From Candidatus Amesbacteria bacterium (GTDB lineage Bacteria; Patescibacteriota; Microgenomatia; CAZETR01; Amesbacteraceae): a stretch of 64,000 nucleotides of DNA. Below the pieces are notes generated by a model. That model had not been told where the DNA came from. It saw nothing but the letters and a program-made list of their open reading frames with translations, and did no database searches. Shown one piece after another: positions 10,689 through 19,314 of this stretch; the stretch's first letter is position 1; the number at the start of each line of letters is the position of its first letter. The translations under genes and the position numbers were made by a program. The stretch lies in contig CAVTQH010000003.1 in NCBI GenBank assembly GCA_963736875.1, positions 65,756 through 129,755 on the forward strand. The letters are read 5' to 3'.

Positions 10689-12083
10689 CTATTGTAACGT
10701 TTGGTTATTTTTATCTGAGGGGACTTCTATAAGAATTAAAACCATATCCCGGTCGGTTTTGAGAATCTGATAACGGGATTTGAAATCCGGTATTTGGTCA
10801 AGGCGCCACTGATGAGTGATTAAAAGAAGCGGTTTATCAAAAGAAAAGAGAGGAATCAGGCTGTCGGTTTCCGGGTAATTGACGTATTTGTCAGAGTAAA
10901 AAACGGCGGCAGGCAAAAACCGGTCGTCGATAGTCAGGGGATAAGGGTGTTTTGAAGCCTGCCGGGAAAGAATTGCCTCGTCGGATACGAAAGCGGGGAT
11001 ATCGATAAATTCCCGCCAGTTTCTGGATATCTGGGGCAAGGAAATCAGTAAAGTCAGAGTAAGGGTGAGGGAGGCTGCCAACCGGCGGGATTTTTTGGCA
11101 ATCAGGGAATAGAAAGCAGAAAGGGCAATAACGATAAGAAAGGGGAATACAGGAATCAGATGCCAGATTTGGCCGCGGGAGGAAAAAGCGAAAGGAATAA
11201 GAAATACCCCGATGAAAACCAATAAAGCAAGTATTTTTTTATTTTTAAGAAATAACAAACTTACAGGAAGGGATAACGCAGCAGGGCGAAACCAGGTTCC
11301 GATCCCGTAGTGAAGGTAGGTTTTGGTCTGAATAATATTCTGCCAGAGGGGAGTTTTTGTCTGACCTTGGGGCAGGCCGATGGCCAGATATTTGTCCGTA
11401 AAATGAGGGAAATTAAGAAGCTGTGATACTAACCAGGAGAGAATAAGGCCAAGAGTGAGGATAAGGGAGATAAAAAATTCTTTGGAAAGCAGTACCCGGG
11501 ATCCGAGAAAAATAATTATTAATGAAGGAATAATTGTGAATGGGATCATGGTTTTGGTAAGAATCAGAAACCCCAAACTTATGCCAAGGGGCGGCAGGAA
11601 ACGCCGGTTTTTGGAGGCCAGTACGGCCAGAATGAAAGTCAGAACGAAAAAGAAAGTGAGGGGGATGTCAAGATTGCCGGAACGGGCCCGGGAGATAAAC
11701 CAGGGTGATGAAGCCAGAGCTAAAACGGAAGCCAGGCCTACAGCCGGAGAACTGATCAGAAGTCCGAGAACAAAAATCAGAGCCAGAGTAAGAAATCCCA
11801 AAATAGCCGATGCCGCCCTGACCCCGAATTCGCTGATACCGAATATTTTTATAGACAGAGCCATCAGCCAGAAACCGGCGGGAGGATGATCGGCAAAACG
11901 GGAATCATTGAAGCGGAGATTTAAAAAATCCCCTGATTTAAGAATATTTTTGGCAATTGCGCCATACCAGGCTTCATCCCAGGAGACCAGGGAGGATTGA
12001 CCAAGGCGGTAAAAGAAGAGAGGGGAGAGAGCTGTAATGGTGAACAGCAACAGTAATAGATAAATATAAGATTTCTGACGCAT
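10689..12083 (-). CDS. GT39/GT83 family (ArnT/PMT_2-like) membrane glycosyltransferase
   Basis: N-terminal TM helix then 'SWDEAWYGAIAKNI' DE motif; >10 predicted TM helices. Confidence 0.7.
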   Translation of the reverse strand: MRQKSYIYLLLLLFTITALSPLFFYRLGQSSLVSWDEAWYGAIAKNILKSGDFLNLRFNDSRFADHPPAGFWLMALSIKIFGISEFGVRAASAILGFLTLALIFVLGLLISSPAVGLASVLALASSPWFISRARSGNLDIPLTFFFVLTFILAVLASKNRRFLPPLGISLGFLILTKTMIPFTIIPSLIIIFLGSRVLLSKEFFISLILTLGLILSWLVSQLLNFPHFTDKYLAIGLPQGQTKTPLWQNIIQTKTYLHYGIGTWFRPAALSLPVSLLFLKNKKILALLVFIGVFLIPFAFSSRGQIWHLIPVFPFLIVIALSAFYSLIAKKSRRLAASLTLTLTLLISLPQISRNWREFIDIPAFVSDEAILSRQASKHPYPLTIDDRFLPAAVFYSDKYVNYPETDSLIPLFSFDKPLLLITHQWRLDQIPDFKSRYQILKTDRDMVLILIEVPSDKNNQTLQ

Positions 12084-12102
12084 AAGGGAATGATATCACC
12101 GG

Positions 12103-13861
12103 GTGAGGTATAATTTCGCTGGTATGATGTTTTCCGTTCTGGCCGGCTATCTGGAAAAATTAGAGGAGACGAGTTCGAGGCTGGAGATGACGCGGGTGCT
12201 GGCACGGCTTTTAGACGAGGTGGAGCCGGAGAGAGGGGAAAGCGACAACGTATATGATTCAGGGGATGCTGGGACCGAAATACAATAATCCGGATATGGG
12301 GATGGCGGAAAAACAGGTAATTAAAGCAATTGAAAGACTGAGTGATCAGGATGTAGTAAAAGTGTTTAAATCAGAAGGAGATTTGGGGCTGACAGTTGAG
12401 AAAATCAAATTACAAAAATTAAATAATAAATCAAATTCAAAACTCAAAGTTCAGGATGTTTTTGTGAAACTGACGGAAATTGCGAAAGTAGGCGGGGTGG
12501 GGAGCCAGGAAGAGAAGATTAGGAAGTTAAGCGATTTGTTGACCGGGTTGGATCCCAAATCGGCAAAATACGCGGTGAAAATGGTTTTGGGAAGGATGCG
12601 GGGCGGGTTTTCGGATATGACAATACTGGATGCATTGTCCTGGATGACGACGGGCGATAAAAGTTTACGGCCGGAAATTGAAAGAATATACAATGTAAGG
12701 GCGGATTTGGGGGAAGTGGTGAAGATGGTTAAAAGCAGAAGACCGGAAGAGCTGAAGAATATTAGAGTTGATCCGGAAACGGGGGTACCGATTTTAGTGG
12801 CCCGGGCGGAAAGGGAAAAAACAATCGGGAAAATCTGGGAAAGATGCGGGATTTCAGCAGCCGAGCATAAACTGGACGGATTGAGAATAGAGGCACATGT
12901 CAATAAATCACAAATAACACTTTTTTCCAGGGGTTTGGAGAATGTGACAGGAATGTACCCCGATATTGTAAAAGGGCTTAAAGAGCAGGTGAGGAAAAAT
13001 TGTATTTTAGACGGAGAAATGATTGCGGTGGGCAGGGACGGTAAATACCTGCCTTTTCAGGAGACAGTACAGAGAAAGAGGAAATATGACATTTTGGAAA
13101 TGATGGCTGAAGTACCTCTGAAATATTATATTTTTGATATTTTGGCAGTTGGTCGAAAAAGCATGTTAGATGAGCCGAATGAAAAAAGGTGGGAAGAATT
13201 AACCAAAGTTCTTCAGAAAGGAGAGACGGTGAGATTGATGCCCAGAAGGATGGTGAAGTCGGAAAAGGAGATGGAAGAGTTTTTCAGGGAAGCTTTGGCT
13301 GACGGTACCGAGGGGATGGTGGTGAAAAAATTGGACGGGATTTACCGTTCCGGCAGCAGGGACTTTAATTGGATAAAGTATAAAAAAAGTTACCAGGAGA
13401 CTGGGGAAGCGGATACAATTGATGCAGTGGTTATGGGATATGACGCCGGGCAGGGAAAGCGGTCAGGTTTTGGCGTAGGCGGATTTTTGATCGGGGTGTA
13501 TGACAAAAGGAGGGATAAATTTCTGACCATTGCCAAAATCGGAACGGGATTAAAAGATGAGGAGTGGAGACAGTTGAATGAAAAATGCAAAATTTATGCC
13601 GTAAAAAGCAAACCGGATAATTATGAAGTGAGTAAACAAATGGAGTGCGACGGATGGGTAAAGCCGGAGATGGTAGTGGAAGTGAAATGTGATGAGATTA
13701 CCAGATCGCCGATGCATACCAGCGGATATGCGCTGAGATTTCCCAGGTTGATTAATTTCCGGGAAATGAAAGTGGAAGATACGGCAACTCCCGGTGAAAT
13801 AATCAGATTGTTTGAATTACAAAGTAAAAAAACGAAGGGAGGTGGAGAAGATGGCGGTTAA
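12103..13861 (+). CDS. ATP-dependent DNA ligase (one frameshift near 12235-12255, GGGG/AAA run)
   Basis: N-terminus 'FSVLAGYLEKLEETSSRLEMTRVLARLL' matches ATP-dependent ligase DNA-binding domain. Downstream frame carries the adenylation domain ('EHKLDGLRIEAH' KxDG lysine motif) and OB domain. The two ORFs (12103-12288, 12254-13861) are in different frames. Confidence 0.75.
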
Positions 13862-14204
13862 TGCAAAAGGGAATATTATTCTCGGATTGGAAGAAAATGT
13901 AGCCTGTGCAGTTTGTTATATACCGGCATTGGGGGTATTGCCGGCAATAGTTTTTCTGGTGGCGGAGAAGAATGAGAAAGTGAGGTGGAATGCCGTCCAG
14001 TCAGTAATACTGTGGGCGGCGGTGCTGGCTGCAGACGTAGTTTTGGGTGTCAGTATAATCGGCGCGTTTTTGATTCCTTTAGTTAATTTGGTGGGGATTA
14101 TCGTGATTCCGCTGATTCTGGCAATTAAAGCTAATCAGAAGGAGCAGACCAGATTACCGTTTGCGGGGGAACTGGCGGATGCTCTGATTAAAAGTCACAA
14201 GTAG
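13851..14204 (+). CDS. small membrane protein (DUF4870-like, 3 TM)
   Basis: ATG 13851 preceded by GGAGGTGGAG; hydrophobic helices; cysteines 'ACAVCYIPALG'. Confidence 0.4.
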   Translation: MAVNAKGNIILGLEENVACAVCYIPALGVLPAIVFLVAEKNEKVRWNAVQSVILWAAVLAADVVLGVSIIGAFLIPLVNLVGIIVIPLILAIKANQKEQTRLPFAGELADALIKSHK

Positions 14205-14833
14205 TGTTTCACCGGGGAGTAAATAGGCAGCAGATGCTGGAAAGGATCCGGCAGGTGGGGGTGTCTGACTCACGGGTAATGAAAGCTTTGGAGATGGCGG
14301 ACAGGAAGTTGTTTGTACCGGGGGAGTGGCAGGGGCAGGCATATGAGGACGGACCGCTACCGATCGGATTCGGGCAGACAATCTCCCAACCGTATACGGT
14401 TGCCAGGATGGTGGAGTTGTTAATTTTCAATTTTCAATTACCAATTTTCAAAGCGAAAGTGCTGGAGATCGGGACGGGGAGCGGATGGCAGACGGCCGTT
14501 CTGGCGGGACTTTTTGAGCAAGTTTACTCAGTGGAGATAATACCGGAACTATCCCGGCAGGCAAAAATAAGAATCAAGAATTTAAAATTGAGGAATGTAA
14601 GGATATTAAATGGTGACGGGAAGAAGGGGTGGCCGGAGGATGCGCCTTATGACGCGATTATCTGCGGGGCTAACGCCGGTAAAATCCCGGAGGCCTGGGT
14701 GAAGCAGGTCGCTTCCGGAGGGAGAATTGTGTGTCCGGTGAAAGGAGTGATGACGAGGATAATAAAAACTACGAATTCCAAACATTTGGAGATTGAGGAA
14801 TTCGGGGAATATAGTTTCGTACCGCTGGTATAA
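14204..14833 (+). CDS. pcm: protein-L-isoaspartate O-methyltransferase, carrying an in-frame heptamer-array insertion
   Basis: 'GQTISQPYTVARMVELL' and 'VLEIGTGSGWQTAVLA' SAM-MTase motif I. The usual '..LKPGD.' segment between them is replaced by 'IFNFQLPIFKA', encoded by ATTTTCA-type repeats. Confidence 0.8.
   Translation: MFHRGVNRQQMLERIRQVGVSDSRVMKALEMADRKLFVPGEWQGQAYEDGPLPIGFGQTISQPYTVARMVELLIFNFQLPIFKAKVLEIGTGSGWQTAVLAGLFEQVYSVEIIPELSRQAKIRIKNLKLRNVRILNGDGKKGWPEDAPYDAIICGANAGKIPEAWVKQVASGGRIVCPVKGVMTRIIKTTNSKHLEIEEFGEYSFVPLV
14423..14450 (+). repeat. 28-nt heptamer array (ATTTTCA ATTTTCA ATTACCA ATTTTCA) in-frame inside pcm
   Basis: Four tandem 7-mers read directly. Near-identical arrays occur at 48119-48146, 55578-55605, 59280-59307 and 40654-40681. 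Confidence 0.7.
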
Positions 14834-14842
14834 AATAGGGGT

Positions 14843-15373
14843 ATGAAGATAATTATCGGGCTGGGTAATCCGGGGACGGATTACCAAAATACCAGGCATA
14901 ATGCGGGAGTGATGCTTGTGGATAAGATATATAAATCAAAATTTATGAATTATGAATACGGCTTCAGAAGGAAAAAGGATATTTTTGTCTATGAATCGGA
15001 TGATTTGGTGCTGGTAAAAACCGCCAGTATATTTATGAACGAATCGGGAAGAATAATCAGGGAGGTGCTGGGCAACAGGAACTGGGAATTGGGAGATTTG
15101 TATCTGGCACATGATGATTTGGATATTAAACTGGGAGAGTATAAGGTCCAGCTCGGGGTGGGACCGAAGGAACATAACGGCTTAAAATCGGTGGAGCAGG
15201 CTTTGGGAACGGATAAGTTTTGGCGGGTGAGAATCGGAATTGACAACCGGGATGAAAAGACAAGGGCAAGTGTAAGCGGGGAGGATTATGTACTGCAGAA
15301 ATTTCTTCCGGAAGAAAAGGAAATCATAAACGAAACGGTGGACAGAGCAATTGCGGAGATTTTTAAGAAATAA
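14843..15373 (+). CDS. pth: peptidyl-tRNA hydrolase
   Basis: 'MKIIIGLGNPGTDYQNTRHNAGVMLVD' canonical Pth N-terminus with catalytic His. Confidence 0.9.
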   Translation: MKIIIGLGNPGTDYQNTRHNAGVMLVDKIYKSKFMNYEYGFRRKKDIFVYESDDLVLVKTASIFMNESGRIIREVLGNRNWELGDLYLAHDDLDIKLGEYKVQLGVGPKEHNGLKSVEQALGTDKFWRVRIGIDNRDEKTRASVSGEDYVLQKFLPEEKEIINETVDRAIAEIFKK

Positions 15374-15389
15374 TATCGGAGGAAAAGAA

Positions 15390-15641
15390 ATGAAGTCTTT
15401 GAAACAAATAATGGAGGAGAAACCAAAGACGGAAAAAAATAAGTATGTATCCAGGGAATATCAGGACTGGGGATACCGCCTGGCGATGGAACTGGGGGAT
15501 GAAAAGCATAAGTCACTATATATAAAACTGGCTAAAGAAACGGACCGGTCGATCATGGAAAAATGCCGGAGTTTTGTAAAAGATTCCAATGCTGATAATA
15601 AGGGGGCGCTTTTTATGTGGAAGCTGAAACAATTAAAATAA
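15390..15641 (+). CDS. hypothetical small protein
   Basis: 84-aa ORF from ATG 15390, charged/helical; no recognizable motif. Confidence 0.3.
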   Translation: MKSLKQIMEEKPKTEKNKYVSREYQDWGYRLAMELGDEKHKSLYIKLAKETDRSIMEKCRSFVKDSNADNKGALFMWKLKQLK

Positions 15642-15697
15642 TCCGGGAAGGTTTAAGTCTTTGACAAGGAGTTAAGATTTGGGGCATACTTAACATA

Positions 15698-16264
15698 ATG
15701 AAGGGGAAGGGGATAGATCTGAAAGTGTGGGCTTGGCGGGCGGGACCGATACTTCTGATTCTGGCGGTCAGGGTATTCCGGCAGTGGCAGGCGGGGTACC
15801 TGAACAGGATGTGGACAGGTGATCTGAATTTACTTATCGGGTGGGTATTGGGGTGGTTTTTGGCCGACGCGGATCATCTGTTTTACGCTACCATGTGCAA
15901 CCCGCAGGAATTAACCTGCCAGCGGGTGAGGCAGGAGGCGGGAAAGAGAAACTGGCGGCGGATGTGGGGAATATTGGAGGAAACCAAGGGTGAGAGAACG
16001 AAACTTCCCATCAGAAATATTCTGACCGCTTTTGTGATGACGGGAGTGGGGTGGTGGATGATTTCTTCCGGCGCGAGTCTTCTGGCTTCCGGAATGTGCC
16101 TGGGATTTTCGATAAGGCTTTTTTCTGAAATAGTAACGGACCCCGATTACGGGAGCTGGTACTGGCTTTTTGCCAGGCCATTTTCCCGGGAGGAACACCG
16201 GGGGCTGGTAATTGCCTGGGGATCGGTACTTATTTGGCTGTTTATGATGTTGGTCAGGGGGTGA
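15698..16264 (+). CDS. hypothetical integral membrane protein
   Basis: 188-aa ORF with several hydrophobic helices. Confidence 0.4.
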   Translation: MKGKGIDLKVWAWRAGPILLILAVRVFRQWQAGYLNRMWTGDLNLLIGWVLGWFLADADHLFYATMCNPQELTCQRVRQEAGKRNWRRMWGILEETKGERTKLPIRNILTAFVMTGVGWWMISSGASLLASGMCLGFSIRLFSEIVTDPDYGSWYWLFARPFSREEHRGLVIAWGSVLIWLFMMLVRG

Positions 16265-16488
16265 ATATCCGGTTTATGTTTAAGTCTAAGTCAAAAAAAA
16301 CCAGCAGAGATAATTTTTTACAGTTTTGGGCGGAGCATCCCAACTATACCGCAGCGGTACATACAATATTAGGCTTGGGAATGGGCCTTTTGGCTCAGTC
16401 GTTTTTCAGAGAAGGTTATGTAAGTGTGGTGGGATGGGCATTGGTATTTGTAGGGATGTTGGGCCATTTTTATCCATTTGTGAAGTAG
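16234..16488 (+). CDS. hypothetical small membrane protein
   Basis: 84-aa ORF, two hydrophobic segments. Confidence 0.3.
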   Translation: MAVYDVGQGVNIRFMFKSKSKKTSRDNFLQFWAEHPNYTAAVHTILGLGMGLLAQSFFREGYVSVVGWALVFVGMLGHFYPFVK

Positions 16489-16545
16489 AATTATCCAGGG
16501 TAAAAAGACTTGCGTCGTAATTGGAGTTGTGCTAGTGTGGTTGGC

Positions 16546-16866
16546 GTGGCAACTTTACATTTAACCAAAAACAATTTTGACGAAAAAATAAAAACAGGAG
16601 CGGTACTGGTGGATTTTTGGGCTCAGTGGTGCGGTCCCTGCCGGATGGCCGGGCCGGTTATCGATGAGCTGGCCGAGGAGTATAAAGATAAACTGGCTGT
16701 TGCTAAGGTAGACGTGGATTCGGAACCGGAAGTGGCTGAAAAGTTCGGAGTGATGAGTATTCCCACGGTGATTTTGTTTAAGGACGGGCAGGAAGTCGGC
16801 AGACAGATAGGGTTTGCCGGAAAAGCGGGATATATTCAGCTTCTGCAGAAAGCGGGAATACAGTAG
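16546..16866 (+). CDS. trxA: thioredoxin
   Basis: 'VLVDFWAQWCGPCRM' WCGPC active site. GTG 16546 is the likely start (the track ORF begins at 16510). Confidence 0.85.
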   Translation: MATLHLTKNNFDEKIKTGAVLVDFWAQWCGPCRMAGPVIDELAEEYKDKLAVAKVDVDSEPEVAEKFGVMSIPTVILFKDGQEVGRQIGFAGKAGYIQLLQKAGIQ

Positions 16867-16905
16867 GGATTCAGAAACTTTTTAGTGTGGGGTAGAATAG
16901 ACAAT

Positions 16906-17814
16906 ATGGCAGATATATATGATGTAATTATTATCGGGAGCGGGCCGGCGGGACTGACAGCCGGAATTTATACATCGAGAGCGGATTTGAAAACACTGAT
17001 GCTGGCCGGTGAAAAATGGGGAGGGCAGTTGCAGCTGACAACACTTGTCGAAAATTTTCCCGGTTTTGCCGACGGGATACAGGGACCGGATCTGATGGCC
17101 AATATGCGCAAGCAAGCAGAAAAATTCGGAGCTGAAGTTAAAGATGAAGGTGTAAAGGAAGTCGATTTCGGGAAAAAGCCGTTTAAAGTGAACAGTTATA
17201 GTGCCAGGTCTGTCATCATCGCCACCGGGGCGGAATTTAACTGGCTGGGACTGCCTTCCGAACAGCGACTGATAGGGAAAGGCGTATCGTCCTGTGCCAC
17301 CTGTGACGCAGCCTTCTTTCGAAGTAAAAAAGTAATCGTTGTCGGCGGGGGAGATGCGGCAATGGAGGAAGCACTGGTTTTAGCAAAATTTGCAGGTGAA
17401 GTGACAGTAGTCCATCGCCGGGACAGTTTCCGGGCGTCGAAGATTATGCAGGAGCGGGTACTGTCACACCCGAAGATTAAAGTGAAATGGAATACGGAAA
17501 TAACTGAAATAACAGGGGAGAATAAAGTCGAAGGAGTGACATTTAAGGGTGGTGAAAAAATGCCGGTGGACGGCGTATTTGTGGCTATCGGGCATAATCC
17601 GGCGACAGAGGTATTCAGAAACAAAGTTGAGCTGGATGAAAAAGGTTTTGTCAAAAAAGCGCCAAGAGACGGATTTACTATGATGACGTCGGCTCCCGGA
17701 GTGTTTACGGCAGGGGATGTGCACGACCATAATTACAAACAGGCGATTACAGCGGCGGGGTTTGGCTGCCAGGCGGCGTTGGAGGCGGAAAAGTGGCTGG
17801 AAGAGAATAAGTAA
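16906..17814 (+). CDS. trxB: thioredoxin-disulfide reductase
   Basis: 'YDVIIIGSGPAGLTAGIY' FAD site, 'CATCDAAFF' redox-active disulfide, 'VVGGGDAAMEEA' NADPH site. Confidence 0.9.
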   Translation: MADIYDVIIIGSGPAGLTAGIYTSRADLKTLMLAGEKWGGQLQLTTLVENFPGFADGIQGPDLMANMRKQAEKFGAEVKDEGVKEVDFGKKPFKVNSYSARSVIIATGAEFNWLGLPSEQRLIGKGVSSCATCDAAFFRSKKVIVVGGGDAAMEEALVLAKFAGEVTVVHRRDSFRASKIMQERVLSHPKIKVKWNTEITEITGENKVEGVTFKGGEKMPVDGVFVAIGHNPATEVFRNKVELDEKGFVKKAPRDGFTMMTSAPGVFTAGDVHDHNYKQAITAAGFGCQAALEAEKWLEENK

Positions 17815-17858
17815 ATTGGGACTTGAAAGAAAAAATATTTTTGTTTATAGTGGCCCGT

Positions 17859-18431
17859 ATGGCAGTCAAAAGAGGACCCGGTGGAAGGTTTGCACCCAAG
17901 TCGGAAAGCGGTGATTTTTGGTCTGAAACATCCAGGTCGGCAAAACCGGAAAAGAGCTTTATTGAAAAGGCCACGCCCGTATTGATGGTGCTCGTCGTAG
18001 TGATGGCATTTGCCCTGGGGTCTTTGTGGAGTAAAGTCAAATACCTGGAGCAGGGTGGATCAGGGACTGCAAAAACAGGAGAGCCGGCAGCAGCAGGGAC
18101 CGGACAAGCAGCACAAGGTCCAACGGGGAACGTCCAGGCGTTTCTTGATAAAGTAAAGGGATATGCGGCTAAAGCCGGGATGGACGGCGATAAACTGGTG
18201 AAGTGCGTGCAGTCTGGAAGTAAAAAGAACATTGTGTCCGCGGATATGAAACAGGGGGAAAATGCGGGAGTCCAGGGCACACCGGCATTTTTTATAAACG
18301 GAAAATTTTTAGGCGGAGCGTTTCCCGCAGAGTCTTTTAAAGAGCTGATTGACAGGGAATTGAACGGAACGGGATCAAAAGATTATCAGGATTATAAGGA
18401 TACAAATTTAGCAGAAGGCGGGAGCATATAA
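17859..18431 (+). CDS. membrane-anchored DsbA-family fragment: TM helix + linker + C-terminal half of the DsbA thioredoxin fold (no CxxC)
   Basis: 'ATPVLMVLVVVMAFALGSLW' TM. Then 'YAAKAGMDGDKLVKCVQSG...AGVQGTPAFFINGKFLGGAFPAESFKELIDREL', which is the helical-domain end plus cis-Pro loop (GTP) and the last strands of DsbA/BdbD. Confidence 0.55.
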   Translation: MAVKRGPGGRFAPKSESGDFWSETSRSAKPEKSFIEKATPVLMVLVVVMAFALGSLWSKVKYLEQGGSGTAKTGEPAAAGTGQAAQGPTGNVQAFLDKVKGYAAKAGMDGDKLVKCVQSGSKKNIVSADMKQGENAGVQGTPAFFINGKFLGGAFPAESFKELIDRELNGTGSKDYQDYKDTNLAEGGSI

Positions 18432-18432
18432 C

Positions 18433-18753
18433 CCGCCGGCATTTATTGCCGAACCCAAAAATATTGATGCGGGGAAATCTGCCGTTGAGGGTCCGGGCGG
18501 AGCGAAAGTGACTATTGTCGGATTTACTGATTTCCAATGCCCTTATTGCTCAAGAGGATTTGAGGTCATGAATCAAATAATGAAGGATTATGAGGGGAAG
18601 GTCAGGTTTGTGCTAAAGAATTTCCCGTTGTCTCAGATTCATCCTTATGCCCAGGCCGCAGCCGAAGCGTTTGAGTGTGCCAGAGATCAGGGGAAGGGAT
18701 GGGAACTGCATGATCTGTTGTTTCAGAATCAGGCAGAGTGGTCAGGGGTGTAG
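18433..18753 (+). CDS. DsbA-family N-terminal half with CPYC active site (no ATG; may be fused to the preceding ORF by a 1-nt frameshift)
   Basis: 'AEPKNIDAGKSAVEGPGGAKVTIVGFTDFQCPYCSRGF...KVRFVLKNFPLSQIHPYAQAAAEAFECARDQGKGWELHDLLFQNQAEW' is the N-terminal half of DsbA/BdbD. It begins 2 nt after the stop of the upstream ORF, in the +1 frame. Confidence 0.55.
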   Translation, partial: PPAFIAEPKNIDAGKSAVEGPGGAKVTIVGFTDFQCPYCSRGFEVMNQIMKDYEGKVRFVLKNFPLSQIHPYAQAAAEAFECARDQGKGWELHDLLFQNQAEWSGV

Positions 18754-18762
18754 AATCGGGTA

Positions 18763-19308
18763 ATGAAGCTGGGATCTAAAGAACTGAGAGTAAAGAAACC
18801 AACGGATAAAGAACGGGCTAAGATTGAAAGAAAGCGGATATGGATAGTTCTCGAAAATGTGATGGACACTTATAATATCGGGGCAATTTTCCGCCTGGCT
18901 GACGCGGTGGCTGCCCGGGAAATGATTTTGTGCGCTGGTACGGAAGTTCCCCCGTCTTCACGGATTCATAAAGCGGCGGTGGGGACTGAAAACTGGGTGG
19001 CATGGAAGTACTTTCCGAGTGCTTTGGAAGCCTTGTTAAATCTTAAGGTTAAAATGCCGAACCTGAAGATAATTGTAGTAGAACAGGATAGTAAAGCAGT
19101 AGATTTGTTTAAGCTGGCGTACCGGGTACCGGAAGACCAGCCGATCGCGGTAGTGGTGGGGCATGAGACGGAGGGGGTATCACAAGAAGTGCTAGATTTG
19201 GCCGATACGATAGTAGAAATTCCCATGTGGGGGGTGAATAAATCCCTGAATGTAATGGTCAGTCTGGGGATTGTACTGTATAAAATACTGGAGAATCGGG
19301 AAGGTTAG
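18763..19308 (+). CDS. SpoU/TrmH family RNA 2'-O-methyltransferase
   Basis: 'IVLENVMDTYNIGAIFRLADAV' motif 1 and 'VVGHETEGVSQEVL...SLNVMVSLGIVLY' SPOUT knot motifs. Confidence 0.75.
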   Translation: MKLGSKELRVKKPTDKERAKIERKRIWIVLENVMDTYNIGAIFRLADAVAAREMILCAGTEVPPSSRIHKAAVGTENWVAWKYFPSALEALLNLKVKMPNLKIIVVEQDSKAVDLFKLAYRVPEDQPIAVVVGHETEGVSQEVLDLADTIVEIPMWGVNKSLNVMVSLGIVLYKILENREG

Positions 19309-19314
19309 CGGGGA

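Noticed and set aside
12401-12450. A-rich low-complexity stretch in the ligase gene (AAAATCAAATTACAAAAATTAAATAATAAATCAAATTC) as a fifth intragenic heptamer-array copy
   Set aside because: 7-nt periodicity is weak, and it is neither the same sequence nor its reverse complement; probably ordinary AT-rich coding.
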